Positions 9,750-20,227 are shown, numbered from the stretch's first letter. The stretch: DNA of 64,000 nucleotides from an uncultured candidate division Zixibacteria bacterium (GCA_963735035.1 CAVTJJ010000006.1:608001-672000); one strand, 5' to 3'. The notes: generated by a model not told the origin, from the letters alone. Translations and numbers: made by a program.

Positions 9750-10304
9750 TTGACTCAGGCTGGAAAACGATGGGTGTTTCTAATCGGTTTCTCCGGTTCG
9801 GGCAAAACGACCGTGGGCCCATTGTTGGCTGCCAGGATGAAGCTCCCGTTCAATGATCTGGACAGTGTTATCGAGAAACAGTCAGGGAGATTGGTCACTG
9901 ACATATTTGCGGATTCAGGGGAGAAGGTGTTCCGTCGGATGGAACTTACTGAGCTCAAGCGACTCCTATCAAGTGGAAGAGGGGGCGTAGTCGCGCTGGG
10001 CGGTGGAGCGTACGAGAATGAGAGCATCCGCGACACGGCTATGAATTATGGCTACACAGTGTATCTGAGTTGCTCAGCCAGAGAGCTATATAGAAGATTG
10101 CGAACGTCGGAAGATCGGCCACTTTTGCGGGTGACGTCCCGACAAGGTGAAACGGTCAGGCAAGCCCGGATGCGGCGGATCAAGACGCTGGTGAAGAAGC
10201 GTCTTGCTAATTACTGTCGCGCCGATTTCATTGTCTCGACTACGAAAAGGACGCCGAGCCAGGTAGTCAGACACCTTCAGAAGATTCTGAGTGAGTTCGA
10301 ATGA
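9750..10304 (+). CDS. aroK: Shikimate kinase
   Basis: Walker A GFSGSGKTT, DLD, GEKVFR, LGGG, RPLL; TTG start. Confidence 0.93.
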   Translation: MTQAGKRWVFLIGFSGSGKTTVGPLLAARMKLPFNDLDSVIEKQSGRLVTDIFADSGEKVFRRMELTELKRLLSSGRGGVVALGGGAYENESIRDTAMNYGYTVYLSCSARELYRRLRTSEDRPLLRVTSRQGETVRQARMRRIKTLVKKRLANYCRADFIVSTTKRTPSQVVRHLQKILSEFE

Positions 10305-11413
10305 AGCAATTGATTGTCAAGATATCGGGGCGCGAGTATCCGGTACTCATCGGAGAGAATCTCGCGCCGTCGCTTAAGAAGCTGCTGCTCAAGAATGTTG
10401 GACGGGGACGTCCGTTTGTCTTCTTCGATGCCAATCTATACGCTCTTCATGGCCGTACTCTGGAGCGACAGCTTAGCTCTCCAAATTCTCACACTATCGA
10501 ATTCGTGGTACCGTCGGGCGAAAAGGCCAAATCTTCTTCGGTACTCGCTGGAATCTATGACTTTCTCTTGGCCAATGAGATTACCCGGGATGATTTCATC
10601 ATCGCCTGTGGCGGCGGAGTTACCAGCGATCTGGTCGGCTATGCGGCCGCTACAACCCTGCGGGGCATTCGGTGGGGTGTTGTGCCGACCACGCTCTTGA
10701 GCATGGTCGATGCCTCAATCGGCGGCAAGACGGGGATCAATCATGCACGTGGCAAGAATCTGATCGGCGCTTTCTGGCAGCCATCGTTTGTGTGTTCTGA
10801 TCTCCGATATCTGATGACTCTGGACGAGCGCCAGATGTGGGCGGGGCTTGGTGAAGTTGCCAAGACAGCCGGATTGGCTGGGGGCAAAGCAGTTCAGAAT
10901 CTGGCTCGCTTCCTGGATCGACATCGGCTTTACGATTTAGGTGGACTTTCCCACTTGGTCTGGCAAACGTCAGCGTACAAAGCACAAATCGTTGCGAGTG
11001 ACGAACGTGACGCTGGAACGCGTATGATTCTGAATTACGGCCACACCTTTGCGCACGGTATCGAGAAAGCGCTCGGTTACGGTCGTTTGCTCCATGGCGA
11101 GGCAGTTATAATCGGGACTGAAGCGGCTTTGGCACTTGGAGAAAGACGCGGGCATAGTTCAGCGGCTTTGTCGGGCTATCGCTCAATAGTAACGTCGATG
11201 TTGAGTCACCTCCCGAAGCACCGGATCGACCCGGATAAAGTATGGCAGGCGATGGCGCTCGACAAGAAGCGCACGGCTCGGGACTTTCGATTTGTCATTC
11301 TGAAATCGCTCGGCAAGCCGATAGTTGTCGATGATATCAAGTTCTCTATGGCGAAGGCCGCGTTGGATGAGGCTCTCGAGACGTATCACAAGATTGGACG
11401 AAGTCATGCCTAA
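10301..11413 (+). CDS. aroB: 3-dehydroquinate synthase
   Basis: GEKAKS, GGGVTSDL, PTTLLSMVDASIGGKTGIN, KNLIGAFWQP, LNYGHTFAH, LHGEAV, DKK. Confidence 0.96.
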   Translation: MKQLIVKISGREYPVLIGENLAPSLKKLLLKNVGRGRPFVFFDANLYALHGRTLERQLSSPNSHTIEFVVPSGEKAKSSSVLAGIYDFLLANEITRDDFIIACGGGVTSDLVGYAAATTLRGIRWGVVPTTLLSMVDASIGGKTGINHARGKNLIGAFWQPSFVCSDLRYLMTLDERQMWAGLGEVAKTAGLAGGKAVQNLARFLDRHRLYDLGGLSHLVWQTSAYKAQIVASDERDAGTRMILNYGHTFAHGIEKALGYGRLLHGEAVIIGTEAALALGERRGHSSAALSGYRSIVTSMLSHLPKHRIDPDKVWQAMALDKKRTARDFRFVILKSLGKPIVVDDIKFSMAKAALDEALETYHKIGRSHA

Positions 11414-11834
11414 GATTTTGCTGGTAAACGGACCGAATCTGAATCTCCTCGGAAAACGGAACCCTGAGATCTATGGGACGACAACATTGCCGGAGATTGT
11501 TGATCGACTCACCCAGGCAGCAAGAGTCGCCGGATACGAATTGCTCGCGTTTCAGTCCAACCACGAAGGGGCTATCATTGATTTTCTGCACAAGGAAGCC
11601 CCGTCCGCGAATGGATTAATCATCAATCCCGGGGCGCTCGGCCACTACAGCTATTCCTTGCGAGACGCCATCGAAGCAGTCGCGATCAAGAGTATCGAAG
11701 TGCATATCAGCAATGTTCACGCCCGCGAAGAATTCCGCCGCCAACTTGTTCTAACTCCGGTCTGCGTCGAGCAGATTGTCGGCCAGGGAGTCGAGGGGTA
11801 TTTCGTGGCACTTCGGAAACTCATCGGAACCTAA
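11406..11834 (+). CDS. aroQ: Type II 3-dehydroquinate dehydratase
   Basis: NGPNLNLLGKR-PEIYG, FQSNHEG, INPGA, EVHISNVHAREEFR. Start at ATG 11406, overlapping aroB. Confidence 0.96.
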   Translation: MPKILLVNGPNLNLLGKRNPEIYGTTTLPEIVDRLTQAARVAGYELLAFQSNHEGAIIDFLHKEAPSANGLIINPGALGHYSYSLRDAIEAVAIKSIEVHISNVHAREEFRRQLVLTPVCVEQIVGQGVEGYFVALRKLIGT

Positions 11835-11916
11835 TCCGGTTCCTACTCGACCAAGGTAGTCGCCATGCTGACTACCACTCAATAATTGCGAATACTTGCC
11901 TTCACACAGTAGAACT

Positions 11917-13290
11917 ATGAGTGACGTTCAAGCCAAGGCGGTGAAGAATCGGGACTTGATCACATCAGGCCCGATTGTCAAAGCCGTATTCTCGCTAGCG
12001 ATCCCGGTGCTGCTCGGGATGCTGATGGAGGTCGCGCTGGCTGTCACGAACTTCTTCTGGGTCGGCTGGCTGGGGCCGTCGGCTCAGGACGCGGTAACAT
12101 CGTCGCTTGTCATGGTATGGACGGTGTTTGCCCTGACCACGATTGTCGGGATCGGAGTCACAGCGCTCGTCGCCCGACACGTAGGAGCCGGTGAATTCGA
12201 TATGGCGGCCGACTACGCCCGCCAGGCGCTCTGGCTGGCGACCATCGTGGGTGGTACGGTAAGTGTCTTGGGAATGCTGTTCGCGCCCCAGCTATTAGCG
12301 CTGATGCAGACCGGGGAAGCTACCCGGGTGCAGTCGGTCGCGTATCTGCGGATATTCTTCGCGGGCTCCTGGCTGATCTTTCTCGCCGATGGAACTTATG
12401 CGGTCTTTCGCGCTTCGGGTGACACCAAAACGCCGGTGCGGGTGGGAATCGCCGTAGTCGTAATCAATATGCTTCTCGACCCACTGTTCATTTTCGGGTG
12501 GGGCCCCGTTCCTGCCTTCGGAGTGCCGGGGGCCGCTGTCGCTACGACCATCTCTCTGCTCATCGGTGCCGGTCTGATTGTGCGGTCACTGCTTAGAGGT
12601 GGCGTCGGTTTTCAGATCGGAAATCCCTGGGCCGTACGTCCGAAAGCGGCCAGTTTCGGCAGGATCGTGAAAATCGGATTCCCGGTCACCAGCCAGCAGG
12701 TCGTCTTCGTAATGGTCTACTGGTTCCTGATCGGGTTCGTGCATCGATTTGGCGAAACAGCCGGTGCTGCGATGGGTATCGGCAATCGGATGGAAGCGTT
12801 TTCGTACCTTACCTGCTACGGTTTCTCGATTGCCGCGTCGACTCTGGTGGGACAGAATTTGGGGGCGGGTCAGCCGGAGCGCGCCGCCCGTTGCGCCTGG
12901 GGGGCGGTCTGTCTGGGTCTGGCTCTGACCTTGATCTTCTCGGCCGCTTTCATAGGCATACCGGGCGCCATCGTCGGAGTCTTCACGGACGATCCGGCAG
13001 TCCGCCACATCGCGATTGACTATCTGGTCATTCTGGGACTGTCTCAGGCGGCGATGGCATTCGAAATCATCCTGGAGGGGGCCTTTTCAGGAGCCGGAAA
13101 TACGATCCCCCCGATGGTCGTGATGCTTCCTGGATCGATTCTGCGCATTCCCCTCGCCTGGTACCTGGCTTTCCAACTCGACTGGGGGATCAACGGAATC
13201 TGGTGTACCCTGACCATCACAACCGGTCTCAAAGCGGTACTTCTGGCCTGGTGGTTCTCACTCGGCCGCTGGAAACGCCGGCCGTTGTGA
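11917..13290 (+). CDS. MATE-family efflux transporter
   Basis: About 12 hydrophobic segments; FRASGDTKTP, NMLLDPLFIFG, GAAVAT, VGQNLGAG, GAGNT. Confidence 0.92.
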   Translation: MSDVQAKAVKNRDLITSGPIVKAVFSLAIPVLLGMLMEVALAVTNFFWVGWLGPSAQDAVTSSLVMVWTVFALTTIVGIGVTALVARHVGAGEFDMAADYARQALWLATIVGGTVSVLGMLFAPQLLALMQTGEATRVQSVAYLRIFFAGSWLIFLADGTYAVFRASGDTKTPVRVGIAVVVINMLLDPLFIFGWGPVPAFGVPGAAVATTISLLIGAGLIVRSLLRGGVGFQIGNPWAVRPKAASFGRIVKIGFPVTSQQVVFVMVYWFLIGFVHRFGETAGAAMGIGNRMEAFSYLTCYGFSIAASTLVGQNLGAGQPERAARCAWGAVCLGLALTLIFSAAFIGIPGAIVGVFTDDPAVRHIAIDYLVILGLSQAAMAFEIILEGAFSGAGNTIPPMVVMLPGSILRIPLAWYLAFQLDWGINGIWCTLTITTGLKAVLLAWWFSLGRWKRRPL

Positions 13291-13332
13291 TATTCTGTTG
13301 ACCGGTCCGAAGGCGACCGGTTTATTCTCGAC

Positions 13333-14274
13333 ATGAACCCGGTAGGTCTGGCTTTACATCTGGCGGAGAAGTCGCATCCGGCCCCGTTGGGGCACCCCGA
13401 AAATTTCGGGCGGCTGGCGCTTGTCCCGGCCGCGCTGGAGCGACCTGAAATTGCGGCTCTGACTGCACCGATACCTCAAAACCAGTACGACCTCAAAGTG
13501 CTTGGCCGTGTACATCACCCGGACTATATCGACCGGCTGAAGTCCTACAAGATTGCCGAGACCGATTATGTCGATCCCGACACCTACCACGGGCCCTTGT
13601 CGTTCGAGGCCTCTTGCGATGTCACCTGGGCGGTCTTGAGTGGGGTGGATGCGGCGTTTGGGCCCGGTCCAAGCGTTTCGTTTGTGCTGGGACGTCCCCC
13701 GGGGCACCATGCTGAAGCTGATATCGGCATGGGGTTCTGCCTGGTCAACCACTCGGCCGTGGCCGCGCAGTATGCTATCGATGTCCACAAATGTCGGCGC
13801 GTGGCTGTGGTCGACTTTGACATCCACCACGGCAACGGCATTCAGCATATATTTTATGAGCGCAGCGATGTGCTCTATATCTCAACGCACCAGTCTCCAT
13901 TCTATCCGGGAACCGGTTCCTCGGGAGAAGAGGGCGCGCACGAAGGCCACGGGTACACGGCCAACTTCCCATTTTGGGCAGGGGCAGGCAACACCGAGTT
14001 GGTGAACGTCTTTAAGGGTAAGATCACCGAACTGCTCGATAGTTACGGGCCGGATATCATACTCGTTTCGGCTGGATTCGATGGGCACTATCTCGATCCT
14101 CTCGGCGGGTTCAAGATGACCGGCGAAGGCTTTCGTCTCATAGGGGTCTGCCTGCGCGAGGCCGCCGACCGGCTGTGCGGCTCGCGCCTGGTTTCGACCC
14201 TGGAAGGGGGATACCATCCCGAAGCCAACGTTGACTCGATAACAAATTATATTAGAGGAATAGCATTAGCATGA
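13333..14274 (+). CDS. Histone deacetylase-family (Zn-dependent) amidohydrolase
   Basis: GHPE, RPPGHHA, GFC, DFDIHHGNG, STHQSPFYPGTG, SAGFDGH, LEGGY all intact. Confidence 0.94.
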   Translation: MNPVGLALHLAEKSHPAPLGHPENFGRLALVPAALERPEIAALTAPIPQNQYDLKVLGRVHHPDYIDRLKSYKIAETDYVDPDTYHGPLSFEASCDVTWAVLSGVDAAFGPGPSVSFVLGRPPGHHAEADIGMGFCLVNHSAVAAQYAIDVHKCRRVAVVDFDIHHGNGIQHIFYERSDVLYISTHQSPFYPGTGSSGEEGAHEGHGYTANFPFWAGAGNTELVNVFKGKITELLDSYGPDIILVSAGFDGHYLDPLGGFKMTGEGFRLIGVCLREAADRLCGSRLVSTLEGGYHPEANVDSITNYIRGIALA

Positions 14275-15041
14275 GCACCAGGTACGTAAGATATCGACTG
14301 ACGAATGAAACCCGCGAAGTCTATGGTATAGTCAAGGGCGATTCGGTTTCTGAACTCGATGCCGCCCCATGGGCGGGAGGGAAGCCCACCGGCAAGACTA
14401 CACCGCTTTCTGGTGTGACGCTTCTGGCGCCGGTACAGCCTTCGAAAATTGTCTGTATTGGGCTCAATTATCATGCCCACGTACAGGCCTCGTTCTCGGC
14501 CGACAAACCGCCCGAATATCCGCTGATCTTCCTCAAGCCGCCATCATCGATAATCGGACCCAACGACAAGATCGTCCATCCCCCACAATCGGAGCGGGTT
14601 GATTATGAGGCGGAGCTGGGTATAGTGATTGGTCGGCAAGGGAGCCATATCCCCCTCGAAGATATCGAAAAGTACATCTTTGGTTTCACCTGTGTCAACG
14701 ATGTCACCGCGCGGGACCTGCAAAATAAAGATGGTCAGTGGTCGCGGGCCAAGGGGTTTGATACTTTTTGCCCCGTGGGCCCGTGGATTGTTGACGAGTT
14801 GAACTTCCGCGATGTATTGGTCGAGGGAATTCATAACGGCGAAACAAAACAATCGGGGCGCACGTCGCTGATGATCTTCGACATCCCGTTCCTGATACAT
14901 TACATATCGCAGGTTATGACCTTGAATCCGGGCGATTTGATTTCCACCGGGACGCCATCGGGTATCGCCCCGATGAAATCGGGTGATACGATTGAAGTGC
15001 GGGTGGAAGGCATAGGGAGTCTCAAGAACAGCATGGCTTGA
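14271..15041 (+). CDS. Fumarylacetoacetate hydrolase-family protein
   Basis: SKIVCIGLNY, FLKPPSS, DYEAEL, NDVTARDLQ, RAKGFDTFCP, PGDLISTGTP. Confidence 0.93.
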   Translation: MSTRYVRYRLTNETREVYGIVKGDSVSELDAAPWAGGKPTGKTTPLSGVTLLAPVQPSKIVCIGLNYHAHVQASFSADKPPEYPLIFLKPPSSIIGPNDKIVHPPQSERVDYEAELGIVIGRQGSHIPLEDIEKYIFGFTCVNDVTARDLQNKDGQWSRAKGFDTFCPVGPWIVDELNFRDVLVEGIHNGETKQSGRTSLMIFDIPFLIHYISQVMTLNPGDLISTGTPSGIAPMKSGDTIEVRVEGIGSLKNSMA

Positions 15042-15064
15042 AAGCCCATGTTGCGTCGGAGAGA

Positions 15065-16261
15065 ATGCAAGTGACCGAACGGCTCTACTACAAAGACGCT
15101 GATTTGTTGGAATTCGATGCGACCATCGTTGAGTCAGGTCGGGTCGATTCGCACGCCTATGTCGTGCTCGACCGTTCAGCGTTCTATCCGACTTCCGGCG
15201 GGCAGAGCCACGACACCGGATTTCTGAACGACAAGCAGGTGATCGACGTAATCGAAACCGAGGACAGCGTCGTTCGGCATATTATGTCAGACGAGATCGG
15301 TCCGTCGGGAACGCGTGTACATGGTGCGGTTGACAAGAACCGACGTCAGCGCAATCGCCAGAATCACACCGCCCAGCACATATTGTCAGCGGCGTTTGCC
15401 CGGCTTTACGGCTATCGCACGATGTCGGTTCATCTCGGAGAAGAATACGGCGCCGTCGAATTGCAGGTCGAGGCCGTTTCTGATGAACAGTTGCGAGAAG
15501 TCGAATCCGCGGCCAATCAGATCATAGCGGACAATGTCCTGGTTGAAGTGATGTTTGTCGATAGCCGTCAGGCGGAGTCCTTGCCGTTGCGCAAGGAGTC
15601 GCAACGCGAGGGAGAGCTTCGCATCATCCGGATCGGCGAATTCGACTACTCTGCTTGCGGCGGGACACACTGCAGCACGTCGGGCGGTGTCGGGTTGGTC
15701 AAGATCATTGGCGCGGACAAGATGCGCGGTCGCGCCCTGGTGAAGTATCTGGCGGGACATCTGGCGGTGGCCGATTACGCGCGACGATTCGACATCACCG
15801 ACGCCCTGGCGAAAACGTTCACCTGTCATTACACCGATCTGTCAAGCAAGATCACCAAGGTCCAGGAAGAGTCATCACACCTGCGACACCAATTGATCGA
15901 CGCCCAAAAGGAGCTGCTTCCGATCAAAGCCGAGCACCTTTCCCAGAACTCGATCGTCTGTGGTCGGTACAAGCTGGTAATGGAGCGAGTTTCCGGAGTT
16001 GATTCATCGGCGATCTCATGTTTGGCCGGCATGGTAGCGGACAGCGCCGGCGGTCTGGCGGTTCTCTTTGTGGATGATAAGATTTTATTGGCCGCGGCGG
16101 GTGGGTCAGGTTTGCACGCGGGCAATCTGGCCCGACAATTGTCCACCCAGACAGGTCTGAAGGGGGGCGGGAACGAACGCGCCGCACAGATAGGCGGTGT
16201 ACAGGAAGCTCAGATCGCGGCAATTCAAGACGCTGTCAGGACTTTTCTCCAGAATGAATAG
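15065..16261 (+). CDS. Free-standing alanyl-tRNA editing protein (AlaX-L type, C-terminal DHHA1-like domain)
   Basis: TERLYY, FYPTSGGQ--DTG, Zn motifs HTAQH and CGGTH, C-terminal KGGG; no aminoacylation domain. Confidence 0.9.
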   Translation: MQVTERLYYKDADLLEFDATIVESGRVDSHAYVVLDRSAFYPTSGGQSHDTGFLNDKQVIDVIETEDSVVRHIMSDEIGPSGTRVHGAVDKNRRQRNRQNHTAQHILSAAFARLYGYRTMSVHLGEEYGAVELQVEAVSDEQLREVESAANQIIADNVLVEVMFVDSRQAESLPLRKESQREGELRIIRIGEFDYSACGGTHCSTSGGVGLVKIIGADKMRGRALVKYLAGHLAVADYARRFDITDALAKTFTCHYTDLSSKITKVQEESSHLRHQLIDAQKELLPIKAEHLSQNSIVCGRYKLVMERVSGVDSSAISCLAGMVADSAGGLAVLFVDDKILLAAAGGSGLHAGNLARQLSTQTGLKGGGNERAAQIGGVQEAQIAAIQDAVRTFLQNE

Positions 16262-19200
16262 ACTTCAAATTATACTGGCCGTCCTGACGACGTTATTCCT
16301 GACCGCGTTGTCTCAGAGCGCTCAACCGCCGAAGAAACTGGATCTTCAATACGCCGACAAGACCGAGTTCATCTTCTCCAAGTTACAGGACACAACTTTC
16401 GTAACGGGGGCGGTGGTATTTCAGACTGAAACGGGCATGGTCTACTGCGATTCCGCGATGTGGTCCCGAGGCGATATGGCGGTGCTCTGGGGGCGGGTTA
16501 TCATAGATGACAAAGAATACCACCTGGCTGCCGATTCCGTGCGCTACGATCTGAGGACCGGACAGGCGGTGGCAAGAGGAAGTTATGTCGAGCTTTGGTC
16601 GCACAGCGATTCTTTGTTTGCGGTCGGAACGCATGCCTTCTTCGACCGTGGTCAAAAGTATTTCTACATGCTCGAACGCCCGACCGTATATCTGAATTAT
16701 CCCGATAGCGGTCGTATGATAGAAATCATCGCTGATTATGTGCAATATGACGGGTTGGGGGGTGAGGCGGAGGCCGAAGGAAATGTCAAGATATCATCGA
16801 AGGAGTTCAATTCGACCTCTGGTTGCGCCGTCATGTACCCGCAGCGGCATTCGCTCGACCTTTTCGAAAGTCCCGTGATCAGCCGCAAGAAATCGGAAAT
16901 TAGCGGACGGTTCATAACTGTCGCGTCGGACGAACACTCGATCAGACAGGTCGATGTGATCGACTCCGCCACCGGTGTGTTCCTGGAGCCGGCTGTTTGG
17001 AGCGATTCGGTGTTTGACCGCTCGAAACTGTCCGGACGGCGGATCTTAATGGACTTTCTCGCCGGCGACCTTCAATCAGTAACCTGTTACGGCCAGGCTT
17101 ATTCCTGGTACAATCCGGCCGCTCCAGCCACCCACGAACAGCAGGAAAACTCGGTGTCCGGCGACACGATACGATTCCTGGTAAACAACGAAGCCTTGCG
17201 CAGTGTGGAAGTTGTCGGCGGGGCGGTGGGACGGTATCTGTCCACCAAGAAGATTGTCAGTGATACGACGGTAGTGACGAAAGTCGATACGGTTAATTAC
17301 CAGGCCGACGACATCAGCTACAATCTCAACGATTCGCTGATTACGCTGAAGTCCCGTGCCAAGACCCAATCCGGCACGGTAGCTCTTGAAGCCTATCGGA
17401 TTCAGTTGAATACCAAAGAGCGTATCATAGAAGCGTACTCCGGTGCGATTGTAAGCGATTCGTCCACGAAGAATGAGTACTTCGGCCCCGATTTGCAGCC
17501 GAACGATGTTCCTGTGTCATTGGCCGACCGGGACCAGAGGTTGCAGGGGGATTATCTTCGCTATTCGATCGACACCGAGAAGGGTCGGATTGTTACCTCC
17601 AAGTCGAGCTACCAGTCCGGGTTATTCTATGGCCAGGAATTGCATCGGCAGCACAAAGACATCTACTACCTGGAAAACGGCAAGTACACCACTTGCGACG
17701 CCGCTGAACCACACTTTCATTTCAGTTCACGCAATCTGAAGTTGATCGAAGGGAAGCGGCTGATCGCCAGGCCAGTGGTTATGAACATTGGCCGCCTGCC
17801 GATTCTGGCCGTACCGTACTACGTCTTCCCGCTCGAAAAGGGACGCCATTCCGGGATTCTTCCATTTACTCTCGGAAATCTTGAGCGGGGCGAAAGGTAC
17901 ATTCGTAACGTTGGCTATTTCTGGGCCGCATCCGATTACTGGGATTGGCGCGGGGCACTGGATTATTTCGAGCAGAGCGACCGCCTCAACATGTCCAGCG
18001 CCGTTAACTACAACAAGCTGTACGCTTTCAACGGATCCGTGCAGGGCAACTGGGGGCGGGAAACCAATCTTGATCGCAACTATCGGGAAGTCCGCAAATC
18101 GCGCTGGACGCTCAAAGCGACACACAATCAGGATTTTACGCCCAGCTTCAAGATCAGCGCCACGGGCGACATACGTTCGGACTCCAGATACTACAACGAT
18201 TATTCGACCAATATGGCTGATCGTCTCAATCGCGATGTGCGGTCCTCAATTAACTTTACCAAGAGATTCGGCAAGCAAGTGTCATTGTCGGGAATATTCT
18301 CACATGACAATCAATTAGATGTCCAGTCGCGTACGGATCATCTCCCGTCGATGAGTCTCAACCTTCCGACCGTGAGCCCGTTTGGAAGCGGGGGACTGGA
18401 TGAGCAAGGCAACCCCGTCCGACGCTGGTACAACTCCTTGATCGTGACTTACCGGCCCAAGCTGGAGAATTTCTCGAGCCGCGTAACCAAAGACTCCCTC
18501 GGCCGCGCCTGGGCCGACACCGTCTATCTGGATAGCGCGAACAATCCTGATTCTATTCAGGTCACCCGGCATCAGGACACTCTGTCGTACCGCAGCCGGA
18601 AGAAGTACACACGCGTGGATCATTCTTTAAGCGTCAATTTCCCGATGACGATTGCCAGGTACTTCACTCTTAATCCTTCCGTAGCATACTCAGAGAACTG
18701 GATGCTCGTGCATCAGACCGACCAGTCCCGGGCGTTGAACATCGACGCTTCGACCGGTTACCGCACTTACGCCTACAGCGTTGGGACCTCGCTTTCGACC
18801 AAACTCTACGGGACGGTGTATCCGAAGATCCTGGGCCTGGAGGGTTTCCGCCAGGTGATTACTCCTACCGTGTCGTACCGGTTTTCACCCAAAGCCGATC
18901 GGCACCCGCTCATTTCTACTTATACGGGTGCTTCGGCTCGGTCTTCAGCACGAAGCCGGGACATGACGTTCTCGCTGGAGCATTTGTATCAAGCGAAGTT
19001 TCGATTCGGTGAGAAGGAGAGAGACCTGGATCTGCTTTCGGTTAGACACTCGTTCAGTTACGATTTTGAAGAGCCAAAACGGAAAGTGTCGAGTCTTAGT
19101 TCATCAATGACCTCGAATCTCTTGAAGAACATTCGCCTGACCGCCGACATGAGTCATTCATTCTACAAGTCCCCGACCAGCGACGAGTTTGATCTCCTGA

Positions 19201-19700
19201 ATCCACATTTAACCAATTTTCAGATCAATGCGGTCCTGAGTCTGCGGGGGAGCAGGTTCCTGTTCGATGAACCGGTGTTGCGGGCTCCCCGCATGGGAGA
19301 TTCCACCGCGCCGCAGGGGCAGTCGCTAGCCCTTCCGGGACCGGTCAGCCCGGTGGCGAAGGGATGGAACATGTCCGCTACCTACAGCTATGCGGAGGGC
19401 GGTAAGTTCGGTGGGATCTTCAGAAAGACCAGCGCGATACGGCTGAGCCTCGACTTCAATCTGACTTCTACTACACAGGTGAGATACTCCCAATATTACG
19501 ACATTGCCCATCAGATGACGGTGTCCAATGAAGTGAACATAGTCAAGACCCTTCACTGCTGGACTGGAACATTTCATTGGGTGCCAACGGGTTCCACCAA
19601 GGGGTGGGGCTTCATGCTGTATGTCACTGCAATGCCGGAAATAAAGATCGACAATTCCCAAAGCTCACTCAACGCAACCTATTTCCAGGGCCTCCAGTAA
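16254..19700 (+). CDS. lptD: LPS-assembly protein LptD-like, with long N-terminal OstA/beta-jellyroll region
   Basis: Signal peptide from MNRLQ (16254); repeated OstA-like strands; YTTCD--EPHF; beta-barrel-type C-terminal half ending LHCW. Confidence 0.8.
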   Translation: MNRLQIILAVLTTLFLTALSQSAQPPKKLDLQYADKTEFIFSKLQDTTFVTGAVVFQTETGMVYCDSAMWSRGDMAVLWGRVIIDDKEYHLAADSVRYDLRTGQAVARGSYVELWSHSDSLFAVGTHAFFDRGQKYFYMLERPTVYLNYPDSGRMIEIIADYVQYDGLGGEAEAEGNVKISSKEFNSTSGCAVMYPQRHSLDLFESPVISRKKSEISGRFITVASDEHSIRQVDVIDSATGVFLEPAVWSDSVFDRSKLSGRRILMDFLAGDLQSVTCYGQAYSWYNPAAPATHEQQENSVSGDTIRFLVNNEALRSVEVVGGAVGRYLSTKKIVSDTTVVTKVDTVNYQADDISYNLNDSLITLKSRAKTQSGTVALEAYRIQLNTKERIIEAYSGAIVSDSSTKNEYFGPDLQPNDVPVSLADRDQRLQGDYLRYSIDTEKGRIVTSKSSYQSGLFYGQELHRQHKDIYYLENGKYTTCDAAEPHFHFSSRNLKLIEGKRLIARPVVMNIGRLPILAVPYYVFPLEKGRHSGILPFTLGNLERGERYIRNVGYFWAASDYWDWRGALDYFEQSDRLNMSSAVNYNKLYAFNGSVQGNWGRETNLDRNYREVRKSRWTLKATHNQDFTPSFKISATGDIRSDSRYYNDYSTNMADRLNRDVRSSINFTKRFGKQVSLSGIFSHDNQLDVQSRTDHLPSMSLNLPTVSPFGSGGLDEQGNPVRRWYNSLIVTYRPKLENFSSRVTKDSLGRAWADTVYLDSANNPDSIQVTRHQDTLSYRSRKKYTRVDHSLSVNFPMTIARYFTLNPSVAYSENWMLVHQTDQSRALNIDASTGYRTYAYSVGTSLSTKLYGTVYPKILGLEGFRQVITPTVSYRFSPKADRHPLISTYTGASARSSARSRDMTFSLEHLYQAKFRFGEKERDLDLLSVRHSFSYDFEEPKRKVSSLSSSMTSNLLKNIRLTADMSHSFYKSPTSDEFDLLNPHLTNFQINAVLSLRGSRFLFDEPVLRAPRMGDSTAPQGQSLALPGPVSPVAKGWNMSATYSYAEGGKFGGIFRKTSAIRLSLDFNLTSTTQVRYSQYYDIAHQMTVSNEVNIVKTLHCWTGTFHWVPTGSTKGWGFMLYVTAMPEIKIDNSQSSLNATYFQGLQ

Positions 19701-19849
19701 TTGGCTTTATCTAGGCAGGGTTCGGACCGGAATAGCCTGCAAGAAGCCGATTTTCAGCCGGTTTATTGTTGACAGTTCGCCCATATCCGGGGTTCTTGAG
19801 TCAATGATAAGTTGGTAGCGTTACACCTCACTTTAGAAAGGAATGGGCC

Positions 19850-20125
19850 ATGACCAAGGACGAAATGATAGCAATCATGGCTGAGTCATCCGGCATCACC
19901 AGAAAGCAGGCGACTCAGGCTCTGGAATCGTTTATGGACAACGTAACCACGAGCTTAAAGATGGGAACTAAGGTCAGTTTTTCCGGATTTGGAACCTTTG
20001 CCATTTCCAATCGCAAGGCTCGCACCGGGCGTAATCCCCAGACGGGCGCCGCGATTAGTATTCCGGCTTCGAAAGTGCCGGTTTTCCGCGCGGGTAAGAA
20101 CCTCAAGGAGGCGGTGCGGAAATAG
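19850..20125 (+). CDS. hup: HU-family nucleoid protein
   Basis: MTKDEMI, GFGTF, RKARTGRNPQTG, PVFRAGKNLKEAV; GAAAGGA RBS. Confidence 0.96.
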   Translation: MTKDEMIAIMAESSGITRKQATQALESFMDNVTTSLKMGTKVSFSGFGTFAISNRKARTGRNPQTGAAISIPASKVPVFRAGKNLKEAVRK

Positions 20126-20144
20126 AGCCGATAATTTGATCCGC

Positions 20145-20178
20145 AGGAGGCAGGTTCGGCAGGCCTGCCTCCTTTTTT
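20145..20178 (+). terminator. Intrinsic terminator after HU
   Basis: Perfect 10-bp stem AGGAGGCAGG / CCTGCCTCCT followed by TTTTT. Confidence 0.88.
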
Positions 20179-20227
20179 GACTCGAACCTGCCGTTTCGGA
20201 TGTACTCCTCACGCGATCAGTTTCGTT

